Assembly: GCA_934085675.1 (NCBI GenBank)
Contig: CAKOHH010000005.1
Coordinates: 899-64,898, forward strand
Source of the DNA: an uncultured Bacilli bacterium
Lineage (GTDB): Bacteria; Bacillota_I; Bacilli_A; RF39; UBA660
DNA: 64,000 nt
Direction: 5' to 3'
Shown: in pieces, positions 9,712-18,489 of the stretch
Layout: every line of letters starts with the position of its first letter
How positions within the stretch are numbered: the stretch's first letter is position 1
Translations under genes and position numbers: made by a program
Notes under the pieces: model-generated
Told to the model about the DNA's origin: nothing
Databases searched by the model: none
What the model saw: only the letters and a program-made list of their open reading frames with translations

Positions 9712-11259
9712 ATGAAACCAAAATACTATATTGCAACAGCGATAGCCTATGCTTCTGCTAAACCTCATATTGGTAATACTTATGAAATTGTTTTAGCAGA
9801 TTCTATAGCACGTTATAAAAGAAGTCGAGGATTTGATGTTTATTTTCAAACAGGAACTGATGAACATGGGGAAAAAATTGAACAAAAAGCTATTTCCGCA
9901 GGAATATCTCCAAAAGAATATGTCAATAATATTTCCCGGGAAATAAAAAATATATGGGATATCATGAATACTAGCTACGATAAGTTTGTCAGAACGACTG
10001 ATGAACATCATAAAAAGGTTGTTCAACATATTTTTGAATATTTATATCAAAAAGGTGATATTTATTTAGGGCAATATAATGGTATGTATTGTACACCTTG
10101 TGAATCTTTTTGGACAGAATCGCAACTTGTAGATGGAAAATGTCCTGATTGTGGTCGTGCTGTAGAACCAAGATGTGAAGAAGCTTACTTCTTTAAAATG
10201 AGTAAATATCAAGATAAATTAATAGAATATATTGAAACACATCCAGAATTTATTCAACCAGTTTCCAGAAAAAATGAAATGATTAATAATTTTTTGAAAC
10301 CAGGACTACAAGATTTATGTGTATCGCGTACTACTTTTGACTGGGGAATAAGAGTTCCATTCAATAACAAACATGTTGTTTATGTCTGGATTGACGCCTT
10401 AACAAATTATATAACTAATATCGGATATGATGTTAATAATGAGTCAGAGGAATTTAAGAAATGGTGGCCTTGTGATTTACATCTAATAGGTAAAGACATT
10501 ATTCGTTTTCATACTATTTATTGGCCAATTTTATTAATGGCCCTAGACTTGCCATTACCTAAGCAGGTATTTGGACATCCATGGCTTCTTATGAATAACG
10601 ATAAAATGAGTAAAAGTAAAGGAAACATCCTATATGCTGATGATTTAGTAAATCTATTTGGTGTTGATGCTATCCGTTATTATCTTCTTCATGAAATTCC
10701 ATTTCAAAATGATGGCACGATAAGTTATGAGCTTATTATTGAAAGAATAAATAGTGATTTAGCTAATATTTTGGGAAACTTAGTAAATAGAACTATTTCT
10801 ATGTCTCAAAAATATTTTGATGGTGAGATAACTAATAAGAATATTAATGAAACTTTAGATGAAGAATTTATCGAATCTATTAAAAATTTACCATCTGAAG
10901 TGGATAAAGCTATGGAAAAATTAGAAATAGGTAACGCGATTGATAAAATCTTTGATGTTTTAAGAAAATCAAATAAATATATTGACGACACTACTCCTTG
11001 GAGTTTAGCTAAAGATGATACGAAAAAAGAAAGGTTAGAAACTGTTTTGTATAATTTACTTGAAAGTATTAAAGTTTGTGGTAGTGAATTAATGCCATTT
11101 TTACCGGATACATCCAAAGAAATATTAAGACAAATTAATACAGAGTTATCTAATAATTTTGAAACTTCTAATAAATATAATGTTTTAACTCCAGAACCAA
11201 TTTTTATGAGAATTGATACAGCTAAAAAACTAGAAGAAATAAATGCCAAAAGGTCGTAA
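9712..11259 (+). CDS. metG: Methionine--tRNA ligase (short form, no C-terminal tRNA-binding domain)
   Basis: HIGN (HIGH-type) motif, KMSKS, Cys knuckle CTPCE...CPDCG. Preceded by a Met T-box. Confidence 0.97.
   Translation: MKPKYYIATAIAYASAKPHIGNTYEIVLADSIARYKRSRGFDVYFQTGTDEHGEKIEQKAISAGISPKEYVNNISREIKNIWDIMNTSYDKFVRTTDEHHKKVVQHIFEYLYQKGDIYLGQYNGMYCTPCESFWTESQLVDGKCPDCGRAVEPRCEEAYFFKMSKYQDKLIEYIETHPEFIQPVSRKNEMINNFLKPGLQDLCVSRTTFDWGIRVPFNNKHVVYVWIDALTNYITNIGYDVNNESEEFKKWWPCDLHLIGKDIIRFHTIYWPILLMALDLPLPKQVFGHPWLLMNNDKMSKSKGNILYADDLVNLFGVDAIRYYLLHEIPFQNDGTISYELIIERINSDLANILGNLVNRTISMSQKYFDGEITNKNINETLDEEFIESIKNLPSEVDKAMEKLEIGNAIDKIFDVLRKSNKYIDDTTPWSLAKDDTKKERLETVLYNLLESIKVCGSELMPFLPDTSKEILRQINTELSNNFETSNKYNVLTPEPIFMRIDTAKKLEEINAKRS
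9930..9945. repeat. Palindrome copy 4: TATTTCCCGGGAAATA (16-bp perfect)
   Basis: Read directly. Lies inside metG and encodes ISREIK, a third reading frame relative to the motif. Confidence 0.95.
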
Positions 11260-11330
11260 AGGCCTTTTTTTGGTCTCTAGACAACTAATTATACTTTTGA
11301 TAAAATTAATTTAGGTAAGGTGAAGCATAA

Positions 11331-13166
11331 ATGTTTGGAAAAATTTTATATATAAGCGATAATATGGCATACATTGAAAATAAAATGAAAGATGATGTTA
11401 GTAGCGATTTATTAAATTTACATTTAATTTTTGAAAAAGATGACCATAAAATTTTAAGTGAAATTACAGAAGTAAAAAGTGATGAAATCAGAGTTAAATT
11501 TTTGGGTGAATTTGTAAATGGTAAATATTTTAATGGTATTTTAAGAAAAGCTAGTTTAGATAGTCACATTAGAATTATAAACGACGACGAATTAAAAGAA
11601 TTATTTGGCGTTGAATCAAAGCAAAACTTTATATTGGGAATGAGTGCAACCTATAAAGATCATTTAGTCTGCCCAAACATTAATGATTTATTAGCTAGTC
11701 ATTTATGTATTTTTGGTAATACCGGTTCAGGAAAAAGTTGTGGAGTTGCTAGAATTGTGCAAAACTTATTAAGTAATCAGTACGCTGCTGCGTATAATGC
11801 TAATTTATTATTTTTTGATTCTTTTGGCGAATATAAAAATGCTTTTAAAAGTATTTCTAATATAAATTCTTATTATAATTATAAGTTTATTACTTCACAA
11901 AGAAAAGAAGAGTCAGACATTTTAATGCAAATACCAATGAATTTATTAAAAACAGATGATATGGCTATTTTACTTCAAGCTGACAAACATTCGCAATTAA
12001 CTATTATTGAAAGGGCAATGAAAATTGCTAAAATATTTGCAATTGATGATGACCGTGCTACTAAATATAAAAATCATATTATTGCCCAAGCCTTAATAAC
12101 AGTTTTATATAGTTCATCAAGTATTGATAGAAAAAAGGATGACATATTTAGTATTATTAATACTTGTCATACTAAGGAATTTAACTTGGATACCCAAATT
12201 CCAGGTATTGGTTATACAAGAAGCTTCTCAGAATGTTTTCAAATTGATTCTCGGGGAAAATTTGGCGAAGAAGTATTAATCACTGATTATATTTTAAAAT
12301 ATATTGATGAAGATTTAGATATAGACGAGTCTTTGGCCAATGTAACCTACGATTTAAAAGCCTTTTCCAAAGCCCTTGATTTTACTTTGATTAGTGAAGG
12401 TTTTCAAAATAATCGTAATTTACAAGATGATGCCCAATTGTTGAAAGTACGTCTTTATGCATTGATTCATGGTCCGGTTGGTAAATTATTTCAAGGACTT
12501 AAGTATGTAACTTATGAAGAATTTATTTCTGGTTTATTAAATAATGGAAATAAAAAATCGCAAATCATTAATATTAATTTAGAAGGTCTTGATGACAATA
12601 TTTCCAAAGCTATTGTTAAAATTTATACACGTATGATATTTGACTTTGCCAAAGAAAATGCAAGTCGTGGCACTATACCATTCCATTTATTTTTAGAAGA
12701 AGCCCATCGTTATATTCAAAAAGACAATGATGTGTTTCTAATTGGATATAATATTTTTGAGAGAATTGCCAAAGAAGGGCGTAAATATGGTGTTTTATTA
12801 GATATAATAAGTCAAAGACCAATGGAAATCAGTGATACCGTTGTTTCGCAATGTTCTAATTTCTTAATTTTTAAAATGACACATCCCAAAGATATTAAAT
12901 ACATTGAAGAAATGCTTCCAAATATCAGTCAAGATGTTATTGAAAAAATGAAGATATTACAACCGGGAACATGTGTAGCTTTTGGTAGTGCTTTTAAAAT
13001 TCCAATGATAGTAAAAATGGATATGCCAAATCCGAGACCATATTCATCAAGTTGCAACGTATCAGGATATTGGGAAACTAATCCAAATATGGCATCTTTA
13101 AATCATTCTCAGGTTTCTCATCCTGAAACAATGCCACGTTTTTCTTCTCAAATAGATACATTATAG
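11331..13166 (+). CDS. HerA/FtsK-superfamily ATPase (DUF87-like) with N-terminal barrel-like domain
   Basis: Walker A GNTGSGKS, Walker B FHLFLEEAHRY, GRKYGV...ISQRP and NFLIFKM segments typical of HerA-like hexameric translocases. No NurA-like partner is visible. Confidence 0.7.
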   Translation: MFGKILYISDNMAYIENKMKDDVSSDLLNLHLIFEKDDHKILSEITEVKSDEIRVKFLGEFVNGKYFNGILRKASLDSHIRIINDDELKELFGVESKQNFILGMSATYKDHLVCPNINDLLASHLCIFGNTGSGKSCGVARIVQNLLSNQYAAAYNANLLFFDSFGEYKNAFKSISNINSYYNYKFITSQRKEESDILMQIPMNLLKTDDMAILLQADKHSQLTIIERAMKIAKIFAIDDDRATKYKNHIIAQALITVLYSSSSIDRKKDDIFSIINTCHTKEFNLDTQIPGIGYTRSFSECFQIDSRGKFGEEVLITDYILKYIDEDLDIDESLANVTYDLKAFSKALDFTLISEGFQNNRNLQDDAQLLKVRLYALIHGPVGKLFQGLKYVTYEEFISGLLNNGNKKSQIININLEGLDDNISKAIVKIYTRMIFDFAKENASRGTIPFHLFLEEAHRYIQKDNDVFLIGYNIFERIAKEGRKYGVLLDIISQRPMEISDTVVSQCSNFLIFKMTHPKDIKYIEEMLPNISQDVIEKMKILQPGTCVAFGSAFKIPMIVKMDMPNPRPYSSSCNVSGYWETNPNMASLNHSQVSHPETMPRFSSQIDTL

Positions 13167-13173
13167 GTGTCAT

Positions 13174-13923
13174 ATGTTTACAGATACACATTGTCATTTA
13201 TATAAAGAATATTATGAAAACTTAGAAGAAATTTTAAACCATGCTTATGAAACCAAAGTGAACCGTTTTATTGTCGCAGGATGTGATAGTTCCTCTAATA
13301 AAGAAGTTTTTAATCTTGTGCAAGAATATAAAAATATTTATGGATGTGTGGGTATACATCCTGAAGAAACTTTAACATATAAGGTTATTGATTTAGAAGA
13401 AATGGAACAGGAATTAAAATCAGATAAAATTGTAGCTATAGGAGAAATTGGATTAGATTATCATTATGACAAAGAAAATAAAGAACTACAAAAAAAATTA
13501 TTTATCAAACAATTAGAAATAGCTAAAAAATATAAGAAACCAGTTGTTATTCATAGTAGAGATGCCACTCAAGATACTATTGATATTTTAAGAAAATATC
13601 CTATGGTTAGGGGAGTTATTCATTCTTTTTCAGGTAGTTTAGAGGTGGCTAAAATATATATTAACATGGGATATAAATTAGGTATTAATGGGGTTGTTAC
13701 TTTTAAAAACAGTCGTTTAAAAGAATTATTACCTGATATTAAAGATAACATAGTTTTAGAGACAGACAGTCCTTATTTAACTCCTCATCCTTACAGAGGA
13801 ACACCAAATGAGCCAAAATATATTTTCAATATTGCCTCTTTTGTAAGTGATTATTTAGATATTTCTTTAGAAGAATTGGCAAGGATTACCAATAAAAATA
13901 TAATGTCGATTTTTGACATTTAG
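13174..13923 (+). CDS. tatD: TatD-family metal-dependent DNase/hydrolase (YabD)
   Basis: DTHCHL start, GEIGLDYH and VIHSRDA motifs. Position downstream of metG as in Bacillus. Confidence 0.9.
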   Translation: MFTDTHCHLYKEYYENLEEILNHAYETKVNRFIVAGCDSSSNKEVFNLVQEYKNIYGCVGIHPEETLTYKVIDLEEMEQELKSDKIVAIGEIGLDYHYDKENKELQKKLFIKQLEIAKKYKKPVVIHSRDATQDTIDILRKYPMVRGVIHSFSGSLEVAKIYINMGYKLGINGVVTFKNSRLKELLPDIKDNIVLETDSPYLTPHPYRGTPNEPKYIFNIASFVSDYLDISLEELARITNKNIMSIFDI

Positions 13924-13961
13924 TAAATGGTATGTTATCATTTAGCCATAAAGGTGATGCC

Positions 13962-14498
13962 ATGAAAAAAATTGTAATTGGATTTAAAACAACTATTCAA
14001 TTAGCTATTTTGATTGTTGTTGTTTTAATAGCCAATATCAGTACAACTCGAGATGTAAATAGTGTTTCGTCTTTAGCTCAAAACAGAGTTATTAATTTAA
14101 CAACGATGGCTATGAAATTAGAAAATGATATCAAAAATGATTTATATAGTGCCAAGGATACTTTTACAGGGGATGTAACGGGATATGGAGCTGATTGTCC
14201 TTTATGTAGTGGCAAACTTTCATGTATCCCATCCTATAATGTAAGAAATGGTACAACTATTTATCCGGATGTCACTTATGGAAACGTAAGGATTGTCGCT
14301 TCAAGTAAAAACTTACCTTGTGGTTCTATTGTGAGATTTAATTTATCCAAATTATCAAATGAACCAATTGTTGCCATTGTGTTAGATAGAGGAGTTCTAG
14401 GTACTGATTTGGACTTACTTATGCCAAGTGAAAATGATGCTTCTATGTATGTAGGGCGTAATACATTAAGTTATGATGTTTTAAGGGTTGGTTATTAG
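13962..14498 (+). CDS. Membrane-anchored 3D-domain (RlpA/YabE-like) protein
   Basis: N-terminal TM, then GYGADCPLCSG and a D-rich C-terminal DPBB-like segment (VLDRGVLGTDLDLL). YabE position. ATG 13962 is preceded by AAAGGTG. Confidence 0.6.
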   Translation: MKKIVIGFKTTIQLAILIVVVLIANISTTRDVNSVSSLAQNRVINLTTMAMKLENDIKNDLYSAKDTFTGDVTGYGADCPLCSGKLSCIPSYNVRNGTTIYPDVTYGNVRIVASSKNLPCGSIVRFNLSKLSNEPIVAIVLDRGVLGTDLDLLMPSENDASMYVGRNTLSYDVLRVGY

Positions 14499-14557
14499 CC
14501 ATACTCTTTTTTTTAATCATTTTTTATGGTATTCTTTTCTGAGAGGTGAAAACACTT

Positions 14558-15340
14558 ATGACAAAAATTCCTGCAAAAAAAAGTTTGGGTCAAAATTTTT
14601 TGAAAGATGAAAATGTTTTAAAGAAAATTGCTAATACTATTGAAACAAATGAAAATGATATTATTATTGAAATTGGGCCTGGTAAAGGGGCTCTCACAAA
14701 ATATTTAGTTCAGAAAAAAGGTAAACTTATTTGCTATGAAATAGATGAAAGAATGAAAGATATTTTGCAAAAATATGAAAATGAAAATACTAAAGTTATT
14801 TTTCAAGATTTCTTACAAAGAAATATCAAAGAAGATTTACCATCTAACTATGAAAATATTTATATTATTGCCAATATTCCTTATTATATAACTACTCCCA
14901 TTATTGAACATATTATCAAGTGTGATATAAAAGAAAAAGCAATGACTTTATTAGTTCAAAAAGAAGTTGGCTACCGGTTTAGTGCCCAACCTGGTTCGAA
15001 GGATTATGGCTTTTTTACGGTTTTTCTTAATCATTATTATTATGTTAATTATTTATTTGATGTCTCAAGGACATCATTTGATCCTTCCCCAAATGTAGAC
15101 AGTGCCGTGATTGCTTTTGAAAGAAAAGAAAATATTGTTGATATAGATATGCTACATTTTCAAAAATTTTTAAAACAATGTTTCTTACAAAAAAGAAAAA
15201 AATTAAAGAATAATTTATTGAAAGAAGATTGGTCAAATACTCTAGAGATACTAAAAGACAACGGTTATGATGAAAATGCTCGAGCCGAGGATATATCCTA
15301 TGAAGTATTTGTAAAAATTTTTAATAAATTGCATAAATAA
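14558..15340 (+). CDS. rsmA: 16S rRNA (adenine1518/1519-N6)-dimethyltransferase
   Basis: KKSLGQNFL start, EIGPGKGALT SAM motif, NIPYYITTPI. ATG 14558 is preferred over GTG 14546 on SD spacing. Confidence 0.93.
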   Translation: MTKIPAKKSLGQNFLKDENVLKKIANTIETNENDIIIEIGPGKGALTKYLVQKKGKLICYEIDERMKDILQKYENENTKVIFQDFLQRNIKEDLPSNYENIYIIANIPYYITTPIIEHIIKCDIKEKAMTLLVQKEVGYRFSAQPGSKDYGFFTVFLNHYYYVNYLFDVSRTSFDPSPNVDSAVIAFERKENIVDIDMLHFQKFLKQCFLQKRKKLKNNLLKEDWSNTLEILKDNGYDENARAEDISYEVFVKIFNKLHK

Positions 15341-15422
15341 CCTGTTTTTATAAAATGAAAATAATAAATTTAATTAGTGCATAAGTACTAATTTTTTTCA
15401 TATATTGAAATAGGTGAATTAA

Positions 15423-16193
15423 ATGACACTAGAGGTAGGAAATTTAGTAACAAGATACAAGTATAATCATGATGTTGTTTTTAAAATCTTATCCATTAAA
15501 AATGAAACTGCCTACTTAAAAGGCGTGAATGTCCGTCTATATGCTGATGCTCCTTTAGAAGATTTAAAACTATATCAAAATGAAACAAGAAGTGAAGATG
15601 AAGATGAGCCATTATTATTTAATGATGATCGTGGAGATTATTTTTTTCTTCCAGGGAAAGTACTTCATATTGATGCGGATAAAGATTATTTAGAAAGATG
15701 CTTGAATTTTTATAAAAAAAATAAAGTCATGGCTATTGGTAAACAAATAAATGAAAAAGAAATCTATAAAGAAATTAAAAATTTGTTAATAGAATATCAA
15801 CCAGATATTGTGGTTATTACAGGTCATGATGCCTATTATGAAAAAAAGGGTAGTAAAAATGATATTAAAAATTATAAAAATACCGAGTACTTTGTTAAGG
15901 CCGTTAAAGAGGCTAGAAAATATGAAAAAAGTCATGAAAAACTTGTTATTATTGCGGGAGCCTGCCAGAGTGATTATGAAGAACTTATTAGAGCTGGTGC
16001 CAATTTTGCAAGTTCACCCAAACGTGTTAATATTCATGCCTTAGATCCAGCTATCATTGCTACTGTACTTGCTATGAGTGAAAGAAATAAAGAAATTGAC
16101 TTAGTTAGTCTACTTTCAAAAACAAAGTATGGCTCAGATGGCATGGGAGGAATCATTAGTACGGGCATGATGTATGTTGGTTTTCCAAGGTAG
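15423..16193 (+). CDS. yabG: Sporulation-specific protease YabG (peptidase U57)
   Basis: Family-typical GxVLHIDxD, ITGHDAY and ACQS segments. ksgA-yabG-veg synteny. Confidence 0.85.
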   Translation: MTLEVGNLVTRYKYNHDVVFKILSIKNETAYLKGVNVRLYADAPLEDLKLYQNETRSEDEDEPLLFNDDRGDYFFLPGKVLHIDADKDYLERCLNFYKKNKVMAIGKQINEKEIYKEIKNLLIEYQPDIVVITGHDAYYEKKGSKNDIKNYKNTEYFVKAVKEARKYEKSHEKLVIIAGACQSDYEELIRAGANFASSPKRVNIHALDPAIIATVLAMSERNKEIDLVSLLSKTKYGSDGMGGIISTGMMYVGFPR

Positions 16194-16202
16194 GGAGGGA
16201 CA

Positions 16203-16415
16203 ATGAATTTAGATATTGTGAGAGAAAATATGAAAAAATACTTAAACAAAACAGTTAAAATAGATGTGTACGGTATGCGTAATAAAAATCATGAATATTA
16301 TGGTGTTGTATCTGGACTCTATCCATATGTTTTTACCGTTTTAATAGATGGTAAGCAACAAAGCTTTAATTATTCAGATGTTATAATTGGCGATGTCGTT
16401 GTAAACTTTGCGTAA
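16203..16415 (+). CDS. veg: Veg protein
   Basis: 70 aa. Similar in length and pattern to B. subtilis Veg (GxxxxxYPxVFxV...FSYxDxL). Position after yabG. Confidence 0.8.
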   Translation: MNLDIVRENMKKYLNKTVKIDVYGMRNKNHEYYGVVSGLYPYVFTVLIDGKQQSFNYSDVIIGDVVVNFA

Positions 16416-16491
16416 AAGTCTTGAAATCGCCCTTTGGTTCGTTATAAAATAAAAGCATAAGTTAGAGATAACTTTAGAAGGAGAGAATATT

Positions 16492-16752
16492 ATGAAGATT
16501 ACATCTGTAAGTGTTCGTAAAATTACGAAAGAAAATTCAAGATTGAGAGGAATTGCATCTGTATTATTAGATGATTCATTTGCTATTCATGATATTAGAA
16601 TAATCGAAGGAGATAATGGTCTATTTATAGCAATGCCAAGTAGAAAAACTGCTACTGGTGAATATAAAGACGTATGTCATCCAATTAATCCAGATGTACG
16701 TACTGAGTTTACAAACGCTGTTTTAGATGCTTATAAAAAGGCTGAAGAATAA
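16492..16752 (+). CDS. spoVG: Septation/regulatory protein SpoVG
   Basis: MKITSVSVRKI...LRGIASVLLDDSFAIHDIRIIEG...FIAMPSRK is the canonical SpoVG N-domain. Confidence 0.95.
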   Translation: MKITSVSVRKITKENSRLRGIASVLLDDSFAIHDIRIIEGDNGLFIAMPSRKTATGEYKDVCHPINPDVRTEFTNAVLDAYKKAEE

Positions 16753-16757
16753 AAAAT

Positions 16758-16780
16758 ACTAGGAAATCCTAGTTTTTTTA
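16758..16780 (+). terminator. Rho-independent terminator after spoVG
   Basis: ACTAGG/CCTAGT stem, 4-nt loop, T7 tract. Confidence 0.7.
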
Positions 16781-16824
16781 GTGATAAATTGATTTTAACA
16801 TCATATGCTTTACTGGGTGATAAT

Positions 16825-17115
16825 ATGGATAGTGTTCCACAGTTAGTTTCAAGTAGTCATGAAGTAAAAATTATCGATAGACGAGAAATATATTTAACAG
16901 GTGTAAAAAAAATAACAAGTTTTGACCATGAAGAATTTTTAATGGAAACAACGATGGGGACATTACTCTTAAAAGGGAGCAACTTAGAACTATTAAAATT
17001 AGATACTCATGACGGTAATGTAAAAATAAAAGGAAAAATAAATAGTTATCAATATTTAGAAAAAACAGGAACAAAGCCAAAAGAAGAAAGTTTTATGGCT
17101 AAATTATTTAAATAA
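16825..17115 (+). CDS. yabP: Sporulation protein YabP
   Basis: REIYLTGVKKITSFDHEEFLMETTMGTLLLKGSNLELLKLD matches the YabP core. ATG 16825 is preferred over TTG 16789. Confidence 0.8.
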   Translation: MDSVPQLVSSSHEVKIIDRREIYLTGVKKITSFDHEEFLMETTMGTLLLKGSNLELLKLDTHDGNVKIKGKINSYQYLEKTGTKPKEESFMAKLFK

Positions 17116-17420
17116 TGAATGAAGTTATTCAACTTTTATCTTTTTTTGCTTCCTTTTGTTTTGGCTTTTTCTTTCATGTTTTAACCAATTTTCATTTTAA
17201 ATTAACAGATACTTATCCCATTTGGCTTAAATATCTAACCACTTTTCTTTTCATAGGTGATATTACTTTAATGTATTTACTTCTCCTTTATTATCTAAAT
17301 GATGGTGTTGTTCATATTTATTTTGTTTTCTTTGTTCTCTTTGGTTTTGCTTCATATGGTTACCTGTCAAAAAATGTCAACATTTCAAAAAATTCTATCC
17401 TTAAAATTGTAAAAAAATAG
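17115..17420 (+). CDS. yabQ: Spore cortex biosynthesis membrane protein YabQ
   Basis: 101-aa polytopic membrane protein, start overlapping the yabP stop. yabP-yabQ-divIC synteny. Confidence 0.7.
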   Translation: MNEVIQLLSFFASFCFGFFFHVLTNFHFKLTDTYPIWLKYLTTFLFIGDITLMYLLLLYYLNDGVVHIYFVFFVLFGFASYGYLSKNVNISKNSILKIVKK

Positions 17421-17459
17421 AAAGAATGATATAATCCGCGTAGAAAGTAGGGATGGTAT

Positions 17460-17762
17460 TTGCAAAAGAAAACACTTTCTAAGGCGAAAAAAAGATTCTT
17501 TCTTTTAACGATTGCTCTTGTGCTAGTAGTATCTTTTTCTATCATTCAGATTTTTCAAGATTGGATTTCTATAGTATCCAATAAAACAGAAATACAAAAT
17601 TTAAATAATTATTACGATGAACTACTTGCGGAAGAAGAAAGTTTAAATAGCGAAGTGACAAAGCTACATGACCCAGAATATGTGGCTCGTTATGCCAGAG
17701 AAAAGTATATGTATAGCTTACCAGGCGAATTTATCATAAAAATGCCTTCAAAAGATGAATAA
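17460..17762 (+). CDS. divIC: Septum formation initiator DivIC/FtsB family
   Basis: Single TM followed by a coiled coil (NLNNYYDELLAEEESLNSEVTKL) and the DPEYVARYAREKY motif. TTG start. Extended -10 TGaTATAAT upstream. Confidence 0.85.
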   Translation: MQKKTLSKAKKRFFLLTIALVLVVSFSIIQIFQDWISIVSNKTEIQNLNNYYDELLAEEESLNSEVTKLHDPEYVARYAREKYMYSLPGEFIIKMPSKDE

Positions 17763-17765
17763 AAA

Positions 17766-17796
17766 GGCTAATTTTGACGATTGGCCCTTTTTTTTT
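17766..17796 (+). terminator. Rho-independent terminator after divIC
   Basis: GGCTAAT/ATTGGCC stem (one G-T pair), 7-nt loop, T9 tract. Confidence 0.7.
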
Positions 17797-17832
17797 ACCT
17801 TTTTTTTCGTTAAACTATAGTTAGTGATCAAT

Positions 17833-18489
17833 ATGGAAAAGTACTTCGTAGCCGTAAATTATAATTTGGTTTTTCATGGGTTAACCATGATAGAAAATTT
17901 AAATATCGATTTACAGACGTCTTGCTGTCTTTTAGGAGAAAGTGGCTCTGGAAAAACTATGCTTTTAAAATCACTATTAAAAAATAAAAACTATGACACG
18001 AATGGTACAGTATCTTTTTATTTAAAAGAACGTTTACTTTTCCAAAAAATAGATATTCAAAATTATGATGAAGAAACGATTTCCTTTTTAAAAAATTTTT
18101 TTAAGCAACCTGATGATTATAAATATGCCTTATGGACTAAAATCAAAAATATTCCCGATTTTTTGTTTTGTGATGAACTTAATCTTGATAGTGAAGATTT
18201 TATATTATTTTTAAATTATCTCAAAGTTAAAAATATAAAAATATTTTATGTAACTAAGAACATTGAACAAACAATATATTTTGATTATTTATATGTTCTA
18301 AAAAATAATCAAATTGCCATAGAGGGAACTACAGAGTCTGTTTTAAAAGAAGAAAAATTAATGAAATTATTAGGTTATTCAATTCCTTTTTATGTTAATT
18401 TATCAAAACAGTTAGGATATTACGGATTATCACATAAAATTTGTTATAATAAAGAAGACTTGGAGGAATCGTTATGGCCATCAATCTGA
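17833..18489 (+). CDS. Degenerate EcfA-like ABC ATPase (Walker A/B kept, signature and H-loop lost)
   Basis: GESGSGKT Walker A, FLFCDE Walker B, no LSGGQ. EcfA-type C-terminal tail (LGYSIPFYVNLSKQLGYYG). Position upstream of truA. Confidence 0.6.
   Translation: MEKYFVAVNYNLVFHGLTMIENLNIDLQTSCCLLGESGSGKTMLLKSLLKNKNYDTNGTVSFYLKERLLFQKIDIQNYDEETISFLKNFFKQPDDYKYALWTKIKNIPDFLFCDELNLDSEDFILFLNYLKVKNIKIFYVTKNIEQTIYFDYLYVLKNNQIAIEGTTESVLKEEKLMKLLGYSIPFYVNLSKQLGYYGLSHKICYNKEDLEESLWPSI

Noticed and set aside
9793-11249. Minus-strand ORFs 9793-10029, 9989-10171 and 10806-11249 inside metG.
   Set aside because: They lie entirely within the well-conserved metG frame. No signals support them, and they are typical antisense artefacts.
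15808-16044. Same-strand alternative-frame ORF inside yabG. Similar cases are 22682-22912 in abi, 28004-28246 in ssb, 30387-30587 and 30789-31019, and 33793-33978.
   Set aside because: These are out-of-frame overlaps with conserved genes. Their Lys/Leu/Met-rich translations are characteristic of frame-shifted AT-rich coding DNA.
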